Assembly (NCBI GenBank): GCA_950097015.1
Contig: CATNEN010000005.1
Location: 806,001 to 870,000, forward strand
DNA from: Macrostomum hystrix
Lineage: Eukaryota; Animalia; Platyhelminthes
Direction of reading: 5' to 3'
DNA length: 64,000 nucleotides
The notes under the pieces: model-generated
Database searches by the model: none
Seen by the model: the letters and a program-made list of their open reading frames with translations, nothing else
Told to the model about the DNA's origin: nothing
Shown here: piece after piece, positions 1 through 13,560 of the stretch
Layout of the letters: each line of letters opens with the position of its first letter
Numbering within the stretch: position 1 is the stretch's first letter
Program-made: the position numbers and the translations under genes

Positions 1-280
1 CGGAGAGAAGGCTTGGGGGCTTGTCGTGCAATTTACGCCCTTGAGGACCAACCTCCAAGGCGCAGTGAAGTGTACACTGCCTGACGATGAGAAAGTCAGG
101 GCAGATGTACACACCTGTGTGAGCTTGCCTGCGTTCGGTATCTGTGTGCGTGTGTGCTCAGGAGTCAGCGAAATGGGCAGACTTGCCTCCTCGCTGGCTG
201 CGAGTCTAGTGTCACCAAATTATGTGTCATTGCCCGCAGCCCTCCTGCAATTATTATTATTATTATTATTATTATTAAGC
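1..280 (+). mobile_element. tRNA-derived SINE family B, 3' part with (ATT)n tail
   Basis: Nearly identical to the 3' two-thirds of the full copy at 50790-51165; ends in (ATT)n. Confidence 0.8.
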
Positions 281-380
281 CTCCTCGTTGAATGACGGTT
301 TACAATGGACTTGTTTCTGTCGTTCAGCTCTTGAACTTGAGTCACAAGTGCCTTAATTTTCTGTCCTCATCTATACTATT

Positions 381-1178
381 ATGTCAACTGGGGGATCATT
401 GTCAACTGGGGGATCATTGTCAACTGGGGGATCATTGGCAACTGGGGGATCATCGTCAACTGGGTGATCATTGTCAACTGGGGGATCATTGTCAACTGGG
501 GGATCATTGTCAACTTGGGGATCATCATCAACTGGAGGATCAGTGTTAACTGGGTGATCATCATCAACTGGGTGATCATCATCAACTTGGGGATCAACTT
601 GTTAACTGGGTGATCATCATCAACTGGGTGATCATTATCAACTGGGGGATCATTGTAAACTGGGGGATCATTGTAAACTGGGGGATCATTGTCAACTGGA
701 GGATCATTGTAAACTGGGGGATCATTGTCAACTGGAGGATCATAGTCAACTGGGGGATCATTGTCAACTGGGGGATCATTGGCAACTGGGGGATCATTAT
801 CAACTGGGGGATCATTGTAAACTGGGGGATCATTGTAAACTGGGGGATCATTGTCAACTGGAGGATCATAGTCAACTGGGGGATCATTGTCAACTGGGGG
901 ATCATTGGCAACTGGAGGATTATCGTCAACTGGGTGATCATTGTCAACTGGGGGATCATTGTCAACTGGGGGATTATTGTCAACTTGGGGATCATCATCA
1001 ACTGGGGGATCAGTGTTAGCTGGGTGATCATCATCAACTGGGTGATCATCATCAACTGGGGGATCATTGTCAACTGGGCGATCATAGTCAACTGGGGGAT
1101 CATTGTCAACTGGGGATCATTGGCAACTGGAGGATTATCGTCAACTGGGTGATCATTGTCAACTGGGTGATCATTGTA
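381..1178. repeat. 18-bp minisatellite (CAACTGGGGGATCATTGT)n
   Basis: Direct tandem repetition; the ORFs here have 6-aa periodicity (QLGDHC). Confidence 0.95.
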
Positions 1179-2943
1179 GCTTAAAAAAGCAGAAAAATAC
1201 CGCTGCTAAAAAGTATATACAAGACGAATTAAAAATATTTCTGCTCCCCGAAGGGGGGCAAAACTTGCTAGTCTATACTATTATTCAAAGTGATAGGATA
1301 AGATTATTTTGAAATGTGAGAGACGGCGAGCATAATTACGTTAATTGCAATGAGGGCATACACATTGTTTGACCATATTGTATTGATCACATTGCTAAAT
1401 AGGCATTGGGTATTTGAAATACCCCGTCTTTCTACTGCTAACTAGCTCACTTAAAATCACTATTGCACTTTCAGCCACACAACCCCAAGCACTGGTATTT
1501 GAGTCACTGCATGGCTTGAAAAAAGAAGCAACTGTCCAGAGATCACGATAAAAGAGTCGAAACTATATAGAAATAATGATGCAACGAGTAGAATAGATAG
1601 AGATTTGATTTCAAATTCGATTTGATAAAAATGCATTAGCGGATTTGAAAGTCGCGCAAGTTCGTAACAAACAGCCAAAGAAACGGTTGTGTAGGTACAA
1701 TTAGCTGCAATGCGTTTTGCATTCGTCACTGCCGGTAATGCTCTCTCTCTCTTTCTCTCTTTCTCTCCGTTTCCTTTTCCGGCTTGCAATGTGTGGGACC
1801 ACAATCATATAACCTCGTATCTACGGCTGAGTGTTCCTCGGCGCGAATTCGAAAGTCACTTGCCGGATTTTTTTCACTCCTTACCCAGCTGCCCGCGCCT
1901 CCAGTGTTTCTCTCTCTTCGTCGTGCCAATTTCGGATTGGCTAGTGCCTCTTTCTCCCTCTCTCTCTCTGAGCGTTTCTCCGCCTCGTGATTGGTCATCT
2001 GCCTAGTCACTACGCGTCCTGGCACAGTAACGATAAATTTTACGCCTTAAAGATGGTCTCTTACTGCGAAAACTCAATTTATTGCTCACGAGAGTTTCCT
2101 TCGATTTGTAATTAGCTGGCCGTGTCAAAATTTCAAAAGTGCTACCGTCGAAATAGGACAAGTATTGTATCTAACACCAAAGCTTTAACAAAATTGGGCG
2201 GCTTGTGATCAGAATCACAACCACGGTACAAGTACAGATTTTCATAAAAAATTCGAAATATTGCGCAACAGAGTCAAGAAGAAAAAGCAGCATACACGAA
2301 GCTAAAGCACTAAATAGATGAATGATTATGATACGAGCGTACCTAGCTCGTAGTTAGCCGATTTTTTTGAAATAGCTTTTGGATGCGTTCTTGCTAATTA
2401 CGAGTATTACGAGTACGATTACGACGCAGTATTTCTGCTTCTCTTCTACTTTAATAGAGACAGTTAATTCAGTTATTGCTGGATACAACAATAAATAACC
2501 TAACCTAAGGATGGACAAAATTGTTCCTACAAAAAAGTAAGTAAAAACTAACTATAACATGTACAGCATCGCAAGCTCCTTTTGCTGTAAAGTATATCGC
2601 AAAGATTGCTTCCTCAAGCATATTTAGCTTTCTTTGTATCTCTCATTGATCATTGTCACCGAAATTTAATTGAACTTTCAGGACTTTGTATTCCAAACGA
2701 AAAAACTGCTCTAGATGCGCGATGCAATTTGTTCACCAAGAATATTGTCATACCAGGATACAACCGTAGACACAAATGCTTAAGTCAAAGCTAATATTTT
2801 AGTGACTGACGAATGATAAGAGAAAAAATAATTTCTTTGTTAAAGTGTGGGAGAAAACATAAGGGAAATCAATAACTTTAAATCCGTTTCATCCTAAGCT
2901 TCGTAGTCAGTGCTCAACTGGCTCAGTAGTTAAAGCTGGCTTT

Positions 2944-3864
2944 TTAGCAGATCTGAAGCAAGAGGTCGACATCAGCGCTGCTCAGAGCTCTCTGAGACAC
3001 TCCGAAGCATTTCATGCAGCCCTGAAAAACTCGGTTGTGCGGTGCTGAGCGAGTGGTCGCTCCGATCTGCACCAAGTTGCCAAAGTTCGCACAGGATGTC
3101 ACGGCCACTGCAGTGCCACTGCTGGCCAGAGTTCCGTTCACGTAGATCCAGAAGGCCGGCGTGTTTCTATTGTACACTGCAGCGATGTGAGTCCAACCGC
3201 TGGCCGTGTCAGTGGGTCCTGGCACTGTGAGATGGGACCGTGGAGATTCAACTGTGAAATCAATATTAGTGCTAGCAGGATACAACCAGAGTCGAGTGTA
3301 CATATTTGACTCGACCAGGCCTTCGAAAAGAGGCATGGCGCCTCGAGGTTGGTTCGACACCTTCACCCACACAGAGAACGTGAAGCTCGTGAGACACTCT
3401 GAAGCCAGCTGGTCGATGTTGAATCGCTCATTCACACCGAACTGACCAGTGAAGTTGACCGCACTGTCCGTGTACTGCATGGCCATGTTCTCCTTCAGGT
3501 CGAGATGGCCGCTGTTCGAGGCCACATTGCGGCTGCGAGTGGCGTTGCTCATGGGCCAGAAGGCGACAAGGCTGAGCTGACGCAGGACGCTCCACACCTC
3601 GCAGTCGGTGTCGTTCGAGAGTCGCACAGTTTGCACGCTGTCCGACACGTTGCAGACGCCTGTGCGGTAGCTCCAGCCGATGCAGAGACGGAGCTGAGAG
3701 CACAGGAAGGCGCACGAGCGAGCGCTTGAGGCCGTCAGCAGGTGTTGGGGAGTCTGAGCGACCACACAGCCACCGACTGACATTTCGTGGTTTCGACTTG
3801 CACTCTGCCTAAAAGCTATCATTTGTAGAACAGTGAAATGCCAAATGAATGTATGGCATTTCAT
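2944..3864 (-). CDS. Secreted PAN/Apple-like + LamG/ConA-like protein, copy 1 (306 aa, intronless)
   Basis: ATG-to-stop ORF with an N-terminal hydrophobic segment and a Cys-spaced PAN-like motif (SCAFLCSQLRLCIGWSY..GVC). It also has LamG/pentraxin-like motifs FTFSVWVKV, GWTHIAAVY, IYVNG, QIGA and FQGCM..F.VSQRALS. Four paralogs lie nearby. Confidence 0.85.
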   Translation of the reverse strand: MKCHTFIWHFTVLQMIAFRQSASRNHEMSVGGCVVAQTPQHLLTASSARSCAFLCSQLRLCIGWSYRTGVCNVSDSVQTVRLSNDTDCEVWSVLRQLSLVAFWPMSNATRSRNVASNSGHLDLKENMAMQYTDSAVNFTGQFGVNERFNIDQLASECLTSFTFSVWVKVSNQPRGAMPLFEGLVESNMYTRLWLYPASTNIDFTVESPRSHLTVPGPTDTASGWTHIAAVYNRNTPAFWIYVNGTLASSGTAVAVTSCANFGNLVQIGATTRSAPHNRVFQGCMKCFGVSQRALSSADVDLLLQIC

Positions 3865-5978
3865 TTTTCTCTTAGCTATAGCTACTTCTTAGATGGAGTT
3901 AGTTCAGATAACGCTTTCAGAAGCATCAGAAATATTTTACTGTTTGAGCACCTTTATTTATACACTTCAGTCTAAAAAGCAAACCAATCAGGAACCCGAT
4001 GAGTTGATGTTGAGGAAGGAACTCATGTAATGCTGTTATAGTGTCAACTCGAGTGCTTCTGTGTTAAGAAACATTTTCTTAGTTTTTGGGCCTGTGCATT
4101 GCCAATCAATTTTGTACGTTCCAAGGTTATTAGTGGCTCTGAGACTGAGTTGCTTGCTTGCTTGCTTGTCTGGTGTGCGCCTTCAGGCTGCCAATGAGAG
4201 TCAATAATTGCGTAGCCGGTAGCCAGCAAGACTGCAAGAGCTATAAATCTGCAATGGATGTTTGATGTCAGACAAACATGCTGTCTAGCACAGGTACGAT
4301 TTGAACTGTCTCCGCCCTACATAGGATTTTAGAGCTCTGCTGTGAATGCACTAAATGGTGCGCTTAGCAAATGCACTTATTGCTTACTAAAGCTGCTTTA
4401 TATTTCCAGTCTCAAGTACCAGTACCAGTAGAAGGACAGGAAACTTCGCTACATCGAAAAAGTTGAAAAGTTGAAAACGCCCGTAGTGTATATTTGTGAA
4501 AAACCAGCCTCCTAAAAAGTTTCTAAGAAACGTAGTTTTCCGTCCTTCTACTCCTAGTGGCTCATTGTACAGCATATGCTCAGCTTCCTTGCATTAAATG
4601 GGAATTTAATTTCTACGACTCTAATACGAGTATTACCGTGTAAAGCTAAAATTCACAGCTTTGTCGAATTTACAACTTCTGAATTATAAGAACACAGAAG
4701 CCTATGTGTTAACTTTGAAATAAAGTTAAATATTTTTAATCTATTAAATCTGTTCCCCTTATAACTCTCGATAGCTGGTTTAATGAAACAGCATTAGCTG
4801 GTTGTGCTGTCTATATAGCAGGTTCTACCTTTTCACAACCCTGGCCTTTTCCCCTTGGTCCCTGCATGGGATCATGGCCACTCAGTCACACCCAAAGCTA
4901 CCTGCAATACCATCAGAGGTGGAGAAGTTACGGAGGGATGAGGCCCAGTTTCCCATTTCTATCCCCTGGGAGCCGGTACCGCCTACAGGAGCGTTAGGCT
5001 TAAGAATTGCGACATCAGGCATGGCTACTGCGAGGGTGGGGGTGTTCAGCCTTCGCGGTCTCTGGATTTTGAACGAGTGTTAGATAAGTAGTTGTATGGG
5101 CTTTCAATTTCAATTATCTTATTATGGACGGTATCAAAATAAGGAAAAGCGTGGTAGTGAAACATAGAGGAGGTTCGTGATCGTGCAATCACAGATTGCT
5201 TATCTTTATAGTTGTTTGAATGGAACAAAGAACTGGAACAAAGATCTGGAACAAAGAACATTTAGGAAATAGCCAATGCGGGAATTCAACTTTGCTGTAT
5301 TTGGATATGTATAACTCAGATATATTACAGGCCCTAATATGTACTTTTAAAAATATAAACTTGCAGCGCTCGGCAGGAAAAGTCAGCTCGCTTACCTTTG
5401 TTCTCACAGTTTGCCGAAACATGCCAGGCTACCAGTGTGAGATCACGTGAGAACTGCTTTGTAACGTCAATTTATGTTGATCTAACAGCAGATCTAAATA
5501 TTAATCTGTCAAAAAATGATAACAATGATAAAGTTCGCGCGGGCTGCTGGACACAAACGCACACCAGCCAGCGAGAAGGCAAGTCGACCCATAGCACTGA
5601 AAATTGAGCACACAAGCACACAGGTACATTCGCAGGGGTGCACACTCACACATTTATGTACATCTTCTCGCCGTGCATGTGTACAATCTCAATGCATCTT
5701 GGAGTTTGGCCCTAATGTCGGTCATAAATTTTACGACAAGCCACCAAGCCTGTTGTCTGAAGAAAATGAGAGTTTGCCCACTAATTTCTCGTATCAAAAA
5801 CTCCACTGAATCAATTCAACTACGAAGGAGCGGGTGTGGGTATCTGCCCTTATTTATTTAAACAGTGTTCTGACAAGCAACCCAACTCCGCCGCGACCTC
5901 TGCTGTCTGCAGCGTCCAGCCAGCTCCAGATCCTCACGATGAAGGCCTGGCTCAGCAGTTATTGATAGTTGGATCGGA

Positions 5979-6183
5979 GTGACGCACAGAAGTAAGGATG
6001 ACGCACAGAAGTAAGGATGACGCACAGAAGTAAGGATGACGCACAGAAGTAAGGATGACGCATAGAAGTAAGGATGACGCACAGAAGTAAGGATGACGCA
6101 AAGAAGTAAGGATGACGCACAGAAGTAAGGATGACGCACAGAAGTAAGGATGACGCACAGAAGTAAGGATGACGCACAGAAGT
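5979..6183. repeat. 19-bp minisatellite (GACGCACAGAAGTAAGGAT)n
   Basis: About 11 tandem units. Confidence 0.95.
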
Positions 6184-6260
6184 GTTTCAGTGGAGTCAGG
6201 ATTCGCACCACCGACTTTCAGAAGTTGTGAGACCACGCTCTAACGACTTGCCATACCCCC
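6184..6260 (-). mobile_element. SINE family A head fragment
   Basis: The reverse complement resembles the tRNA-like head of 13230-13320. Confidence 0.5.
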
Positions 6261-6605
6261 ATAATATATACCGTATACATGTTCGTAAATTACCTGTTGT
6301 CTGCAGAACCTTGTTGTCTGTTGTCACACATAACCATTAGATGGTTCATTAAACGCAAATGGTCAACGCAGTTATTTCATATTTCTACCACTCAGCCAAA
6401 AATTAATTTGATTATTTACGGTCAAAAATATTTCAAGCCATAAGAATATATTTGGAGAAAAGCTGGGAAAAAATAAATGTATATAAAACATCCACATACC
6501 CTTTCAGACTGAACTGAATATCTAGTTGACTTAGTTTGTTATTGCAGGTGAAACAAGCAAAATTGCATGCAATTAGAGGAAAGGCTCGGCTAAAAAGCTG
6601 CTTTA

Positions 6606-7520
6606 TTAGCAGATCTGAAGCAAGAGAGCCACTTCAGCGCTGCTCAGAGCTCTCTGAGACACTCCGAAGCATTTCATGAAGCCCTGGAACACTCGGTTGT
6701 GCGTGGCGGAGCGAGTGATCGCTCCGATCTGCACCATGTTGCCAAAGTTCGCACAGGATGTCACGGCGACTGCAGTGCCACTGGTAGCCAGAGTTCCGTT
6801 CACGAAGATCCAGAAGGCCGGCGTGTTTCTATTGTACACTGCAGCGATGTGAGTCCAACCGCTGGCCGTGTCAGTGGGTCCTGGCACTGTTAGCTGGGAC
6901 AGAGGAGACTCAACTGAGAACTCAATATTAGTGCTAGCAGGAAACAGCCAGAGTCGAGTGAAGTATCCAGTTGGCATCGTTAGGCCTTCAAACAGAGGCA
7001 TGCTGCCTCGAGGTTGGTTCGACACCTTCACCCACACAGAGAACGTGAAGCTCGTGAGACACTCTGAAGCCAGCTGGTCGATGTTGAATCGCTCATTCAC
7101 ATCGAACTGACCAGTGAAGTTGACCGCACTGTCCGTGTACTGCATGGCCATGTTCTCCTTCAGGTCGAGATGGCCGCTGTTCGAGGCCACATTGCGGCTG
7201 CGAGTGGCGTTGCTCATGGGCCAGAAGGCGACGAGGCTGAGCTGACGCAGGACGCTCCACATCTCGCAGTCGGTGTCGTTCGAGAGTCGCACAGTTTGCA
7301 CGCTGTCCGACACGTTGCAGACGCCTGTGCGGTAGCTCCAGCCGATGCAGAGACGGAGCTGAGAGCAGAGGAAGGCGCACGAGCGAGCGCTTGAGGCCGT
7401 CAGCAGGTGTTGGGGAGTCTGAGCGACCACGCAGCCTCCGAGCGACATTTCGTGCTTGGTCTGACCTGCACACTGGCCGAAGATTTGAAAACTTAGTAGA
7501 GCCATATAAAGGTTAATCAT
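6606..7520 (-). CDS. Secreted PAN/Apple-like + LamG-like protein, copy 2 (304 aa)
   Basis: Paralog of copy 1; signal-peptide-like MINLYMALLSFQIFGQCAG; intact ORF. Confidence 0.88.
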   Translation of the reverse strand: MINLYMALLSFQIFGQCAGQTKHEMSLGGCVVAQTPQHLLTASSARSCAFLCSQLRLCIGWSYRTGVCNVSDSVQTVRLSNDTDCEMWSVLRQLSLVAFWPMSNATRSRNVASNSGHLDLKENMAMQYTDSAVNFTGQFDVNERFNIDQLASECLTSFTFSVWVKVSNQPRGSMPLFEGLTMPTGYFTRLWLFPASTNIEFSVESPLSQLTVPGPTDTASGWTHIAAVYNRNTPAFWIFVNGTLATSGTAVAVTSCANFGNMVQIGAITRSATHNRVFQGFMKCFGVSQRALSSAEVALLLQIC

Positions 7521-9610
7521 TTTACTGCTTTTCCAAAATTGTCTTAAATTTTGCTTTCACAAAAGAGACCGATGTTCTGTTGCTAGTATACTTAACCTGA
7601 GTTTGTTATGAAATATTTGTATATTTGAAAATGGCTCGTCGGCATATGGTTCGTCTTTTAGTAGGACCAGTCAGGAGCTCTGCCTCATGAGTGCACTTTG
7701 AGTTTCATTGTCACACTCGTACATATGCATTCAGTTCAGTGTTTGCTTTCTGCTTGTACGTTGGGCAGTGACAATACGAATTTGAGATAGATTCCACTAA
7801 AAGTGTATTATAACACGCTTAGAACCGTTCCACTGCGGCACGATAAGTTGAGGGCAGAGGGCAGAGAGTTCTGCAGAAGCTGAATTATTAATCGATTTAT
7901 TAACCCATTGTGTTTGTGCCTCTCTGTTGACTGCTTAGCAACTGTGTTTTGGCTTTGGACTAAGGTTGGGCTGAGTTTGAGTATTGATCTCTTGCGTTTT
8001 TTTTATATTTACCCTGTACTAGCCGATAGTGACTTACGTACTTTACTTTCTTTTAATAGCTTCTCTTAAAAGATTCGTCGGAAGTTGAGAGAGCTGTAAT
8101 CTCACACATAATCTAATTTTAATTATAATAAGCTCGTATGCATAATTCTAATCTGCTTTTAAGGCACAACTTATAGCTTTGACCATGCTCCAGTTAGCTT
8201 TCCGTATTTTTTTGGGTTGAATATAACCTTTTTATTTTTGGTTCACAGTCGAATTATTCAGAATCTAGCGGTAGGAAGCTCAGGTGTCCTCTAAAGTGCA
8301 AGCGTTTCACAACTATAAATTAAGACGCCTGTCAGATTCAGAGTGTCAATGTACCAAGTCTGGGTTTTAATTATTCGCTCCTCGAGCCTACCGAATTGCT
8401 TCTGTTGGTTCTACGACTGAGGAAATCCTTGCTGTTGCTAGCGCCCAAAATGCCAGTGTTGTCGAGTTTAGGATTGTCTCGGTGGAGAGACTTTATCGAC
8501 ATTAACGACCTAGATCTCGAGACTGCGTTAACAGTAGGATAACCAAGCCATTTTGCCACCCGTTTTTATACAAAGGGAGGATTCCCCCCTTAATGTTTCG
8601 TTGGCGCCCGAATGCTAACAGCGTTGGGTGGTGACTGATTGGTTGACAGACTAGGCGAGGGTGTCCTGCGGTTGAGCTGCGCCTAATATTCAGGCATGAT
8701 CAGTGAAATTGGAGAAATTCGCGTCAGGTGTCCATAGTGCCTAGTTCAACCTGTTGTAGTCCTTGAAGGTCCAGCAGTCCGTCTAGATAAAGGTAGGTGA
8801 CTACTGAAGACGGAGATGATGCAGGCACATTCGGGTGACATGCTGATAAAGTTTGAAGGCCTCGCAAGGCTGCACTGAGGCGCAGTGCTAATTCGTGTAC
8901 AGGGCTGTATGAAATGCCCTCTATTGGCGTGTGGAAAAATCAGACCTTCGGCGAGAACCATTGAATATCTCGACGGTTTGAAGAGCTGGCGACTTGAATC
9001 TTGTTTAGGAAGATGCGCAACAAAGTTTGGGCCAATGTTCTTGAGTTTCGTGTGCTTGCGTTGCTCCGTTCGGATGCAGCAAAAGATTTTCAAAGTGGTT
9101 TTATTGTTAAAATGGCTGATGGGCAGACTGATGTCTAATGCCTGCTTGAGAGCAAGTCTAAAAGCGTCTTAATAAAAAAGTTGAATCTAATAATTATAAG
9201 CACTCATATAAAGCTTACATACGTAGTTGTCTTAATTACGAGGCTGATTCAAAGAATGAAGGGTTAGGCCAAAGACCAAGGTGGTGCAATAAGTACTTCG
9301 GCTAATGCTAGTTTTGTTACTCTTAAGGCCGACGCTGCCCTTTCGAGAGTAATTCATATGTACGAGCTATGGTCCCCTGAGTCTCGACTTTTTGTAACTA
9401 ACGATCCCATGCAGCTAGTTTACACTGACACTGAGAACTGCTATGGTCCTGCACAATTCCGATTTCGCCTTGCATGTGACGAACATTGGCCAATGGAGCC
9501 AATGTTCGTCACATTCTTCAAAGCGTAAATCTACATGTCTGTCATGTAAAATCCAATCCACAGTTGGATTTGATGACAGCACAATGCATACTACTACATC
9601 GCGGCAGTAC

Positions 9611-10104
9611 GCTCTGCTTCAGCCTGGCACTGGTGGCGTTAGGACGCTCTGCTTCAGCCTGGCACTGGTGGCGTTAGGACGCTCTGCTTCAGCCTGGCAC
9701 TGGTGGCGTTAGGACGCTCTGCTTCAGCCTGGCACTGGTGGAGTTAGGACGCTCTGCTTCAGCCTGGCACTGGTGGAGTTAGGACGCTCTGCTTCAGCCT
9801 GGCACTGGTGGCGTTAGGACGCTCTGCTTCAGCCTGGCACTGGTGGCGTTAGGACGCTCTGCTTCAGCCTGGCACTGGTGGCGTTAGGACGCTCTGCTTC
9901 AGCCTGGCACTGGTGGCGTTAGGACGCTCTGCTTCAGCCTGGCACTGGTGGCGTTAGGAAGCTCTGCTTCAGCCTGGCACTGGTGGCGATAGGACGCTCT
10001 GCTTCAGCCTGGCACTGGTGGAGTTAGGACGCTCTGCTTCAGCCTGGCACTGGTGGAGTTAGGACGCTCTGCTTCAGTCTGGCACTGGTGGAGTTAGGAC
10101 GCTC
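9611..10104. repeat. 35-bp minisatellite (CTCTGCTTCAGCCTGGCACTGGTGGCGTTAGGACG)n
   Basis: About 14 near-identical tandem units with no unique spacers. Confidence 0.95.
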
Positions 10105-12037
10105 TACACGAATGCAGCGCTTACCGGTTGGAACGCAGGATGACTTCGATTTCGGTGTATTTGCATGCAATAAATTAAGACTTCACAGGAAGAGACCGTC
10201 TTTACAAATCGAATCTTCGCCGGAGTTCGCTGGAGCGAGCCCGGTTGCCCCGGCACGGGCAGATATTGACAAACAAATAGGGCAGCAAGGGGGGCAGACA
10301 GGGGAGAATCAAGCCACCAGCGCGCAGGGAGGGGTAGGGTTGTACGCGCTGGCCGGGTGGACAGGCAAAGCCACGCAGAGCTGATTGGCGGGAGGGGCAA
10401 AGCCACGCAGGGCTGGAGTAAGGGTTGGTAGACAATTCCCGCGCCCAACCAATCAGATGGTGGCACAACGCACCCTGAGCAGGGCCGGGGGAGGAGGGTG
10501 AGGAAGGGTGGGGGGCCAGGGCCGAGCCAAACCGGCCTCAAACACAAGGGTCTTGGCGAGCAGTCGGCCTGTGGAGAAACACAGGCACTACACTAATAAA
10601 AAAGAAATATTGAAATGTCAGAGCTTTGTACATTTTTACGTTACTTCGAACTTAATGAGCTCACGAGGTAAGAAAATAATAAAATGCGTTTCATTTATTG
10701 ATAGGCTATAATTCCTGGATATCAAACCTCAGGAGACATATGTTTATACCATGTAGGCCTTGGCGTTTGCCTCTCATTATGCCACTCTTATATTGTCAAA
10801 GCTGAAATCTATTTCGAAGAGTTCTCTTCCTAAATTTCACATCGTTTGTCTAAAAAGGGAATTTTACTTTCTCCCCTAACACTGCATACCACGTTTTCAG
10901 TCACCTGCCGCAGATTTTCATCCCCAATTCGGACTATCTTTCTATGCGTGTGGCTAATTGGATTCATGACTTTTATGTTAGGAATGAGGCAAAAACACTT
11001 GGTAATGAGCTGCGGACAGAAACCTGCATCCAATTATAAATGCTAATATGCTTCCTTCAAACAAACGATAATGGCATAGGATTGTTGAAAAATAACGAGA
11101 AGTCGTCGTTGCTTAGAAAGGCTTCTTTACAGCAGCTGTGACAACAGAACAAGCTTCGTCAATGCAACTGGTTAAGCACACGCTTCAATAGCTGAAAATG
11201 TTGGCTACCGTTTCTTTGTAAACAAAAGCACCTTTGCCTAAATATTTCTTAAATTTTCTCTTTTCTTCTCATCGTTTCAGATCCTTTTGTTAGTTCTGTT
11301 TGTGTCAAAGACATTACTAAGCTTTAGTACCTTGCTGTCATGATTTAAACTCAAAATACCACATATTTATAGTTTTTTTGAACCTCTATAAATGCCCCAG
11401 GCGCGGAACAGTAGAGTAAAGCAAGAAGTTCACTTTTTTATTCAAGTTGATTTTTTATAGTCTCATTTTGCAGACAAGTCTGTCACTGACAACTTAAACA
11501 GGTCATGAACTTTAAAGACCTTGCACCCAAGGACGATAAACTTTACTTAGTGAGGCAAAGAAAATTAAATAGAAGGGTTGCAGAAACATTCACAAGGCAT
11601 ATTACGGATCAGGACAAAGATTAGACAAGTTAGTCTGCGTTGTTTTTGCATTAAGCGGTAAAATTTAACTCTTATTGTGTGCGGTCTTTATTCTAACCGT
11701 AAGGTAAGGTAAGGGCAATATTTACAAGTATCGTATATTAAATAAGTGGATTTATTAGGTGGAGAAAAAAATAGCTATATCCCGCATTTCTGTGCTCTAG
11801 ACTCCCCAGAACGGGGACTAAATTTCCAGCACGAGCTAATGTCCCAAAAATCTGACGCAGAAAAAGACAAAAGAAATATAAAAAGAGATCAATAAAAACG
11901 CGGTAAAGAAACAAAGTGTTTAAAACTGACATATAGCCTTCATCCGCTACATGATATTAAATGAACATTCACAACCTCTTACACTCTCACACATAAACTC
12001 CAAAAGCTTAACAGTTCTCAAAGTTCTTAACTGCTTC

Positions 12038-12970
12038 TCAAAGGTCTACCGCGCACAAACGGTACAGCGAGGACACATCGGAATCAGCGAGTGCCCTCTT
12101 GGAAATTGTAAAGCACTTCATGAAGCCCTGGAACACTCGGTTATGAGAGGCGGCGCGACTGGTGGCTCCGATCTGCACTGCGCTGCCCATTGTGGCGCAA
12201 GTGCTTCCAGAAGGGGCTGAACCGCTGACAGCCAGAGTTCCATTCACGTAGATCCTGCTGGCTGGAACCTGCCTGTCGAACACTGCCGTGATGTGAGTCC
12301 AACCACTTGCGGTGTCGGTGGATCCAGAACTAGTAAAGAAGATCGACGGGCAGAGAACTGCTAGCTGTATGATGCTAGGGGTTGGGCTGAGCCAAAATCT
12401 AGTGAAAATTTTTTTCGGCATTGTAATGCTCTCTAGAAGCGGCATATTTCCAAGAGTCGGATTAGTGACCTTCACCCACACAGAGAACGTGAAGCTCGTG
12501 AGACACTCTGAAGCCAGCTGGTCGATGTTGAATCGCTCATTCACACCGAACTGACCAGTGAAGTTGACCGCACTGTCCGTGTACTGCATGGCCATGTTCT
12601 CCTGCAGGTCGAGATGGCCGCTGTTCGAGGCCACATTGCGGCTGCGAGTGGCGTTGCTCATGGGCCAGAAGGCGACGAGGCTGAGCTGACGCAGGACGCT
12701 CCACACCTCGCAGTCGGTGTCGTTCGAGAGTCGCACAGTTTGCACGCTGTCCGACACGTTGCAGACGCCTGTGCGGTAGCTCCAGCCGATGCAGAGACGG
12801 AGCTGAGAGCACAGGAAGGCGCACGAGCGAGCGCTTGAGGCCGTCAGCAGATGATGGGGAGTCTGAGCGACCACGCAGCCACCGACTGACATTTCGTGCT
12901 TGGTCTGACCTGCACACGGTCCGAATATTAGTGAAATTAGTAGAGCAAGATAATGCCGATTGTTATTCAT
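12038..12970 (-). CDS. Secreted PAN/Apple-like + LamG-like protein, copy 3 (most divergent C-half)
   Basis: The ORF-track start at 12976 is GTG; the first ATG is at 12970 (MNNNRHYLALLISLIFGPCAG). Same domain motifs as copy 1. Confidence 0.88.
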   Translation of the reverse strand: MNNNRHYLALLISLIFGPCAGQTKHEMSVGGCVVAQTPHHLLTASSARSCAFLCSQLRLCIGWSYRTGVCNVSDSVQTVRLSNDTDCEVWSVLRQLSLVAFWPMSNATRSRNVASNSGHLDLQENMAMQYTDSAVNFTGQFGVNERFNIDQLASECLTSFTFSVWVKVTNPTLGNMPLLESITMPKKIFTRFWLSPTPSIIQLAVLCPSIFFTSSGSTDTASGWTHITAVFDRQVPASRIYVNGTLAVSGSAPSGSTCATMGSAVQIGATSRAASHNRVFQGFMKCFTISKRALADSDVSSLYRLCAVDL

Positions 12971-13229
12971 TTCCACTTTTTTAAATTGGAAAATGTCTTG
13001 TTAAAATATTTATGGTTTAGCTAAGATTGTCTTTGCCCTGGCTTGTCAAGAAAAAGTCCATGAAACTACAAATACATATTCTTGCTTTAATTAAAAAAGC
13101 GAACCAATCAGAAGTTTTTGTAAAACAAGAAATTGTGGAATGGTCATGGCATGATATTGTCAAGTTAGTTAAATATCGTAAAAATCTGTTTCTTTTGCAT
13201 ATTGTTATAATATTGTATTTTTAATAACA

Positions 13230-13521
13230 GAGGTTGCAGCCTAGTGGTTAGGGCGTCGGACTCACGACTTGAAGGTCGGGGGTTCGATTCCCGATTCCAC
13301 TGAAACAATTTGTGTCCTTTAGCAAGACACTTAACTCTGCATTGATTCAGTTCACCCAGCTGTTAAATGGGTACCAGCATCAGCTGGGATAATTGAAGGT
13401 GGGTGTGGCGTCCCCCCAGTCCATGGACTGAACAGCTGTACGCAGCCTTCAGATGCGCCGCGCATTAGCTGCGGCTGTGCTGTCGGCTGCACATCTGACC
13501 CAATTGGGGCAGGTGTAATCA

Positions 13522-13560
<39 letters not shown>

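Noticed and set aside
3428-3729. Conserved alternative-frame and antisense ORFs in the constant block (repeated in all five copies)
   Set aside because: They recur only because the DNA block is near-identical and GC-rich, and they have no recognisable motifs. They remain an untested alternative explanation for the conservation.
9611-10104. CRISPR-like appearance of the 35-bp repeats (also 53.7 kb)
   Set aside because: The units are head-to-tail with no unique spacers, there are no cas genes, and the context is eukaryotic.
13230-13320. tRNA gene candidates (also 31405, 50790 and ~51300)
   Set aside because: The tRNA-like heads continue into shared SINE bodies with ATT tails, and I could not find an intact cloverleaf.
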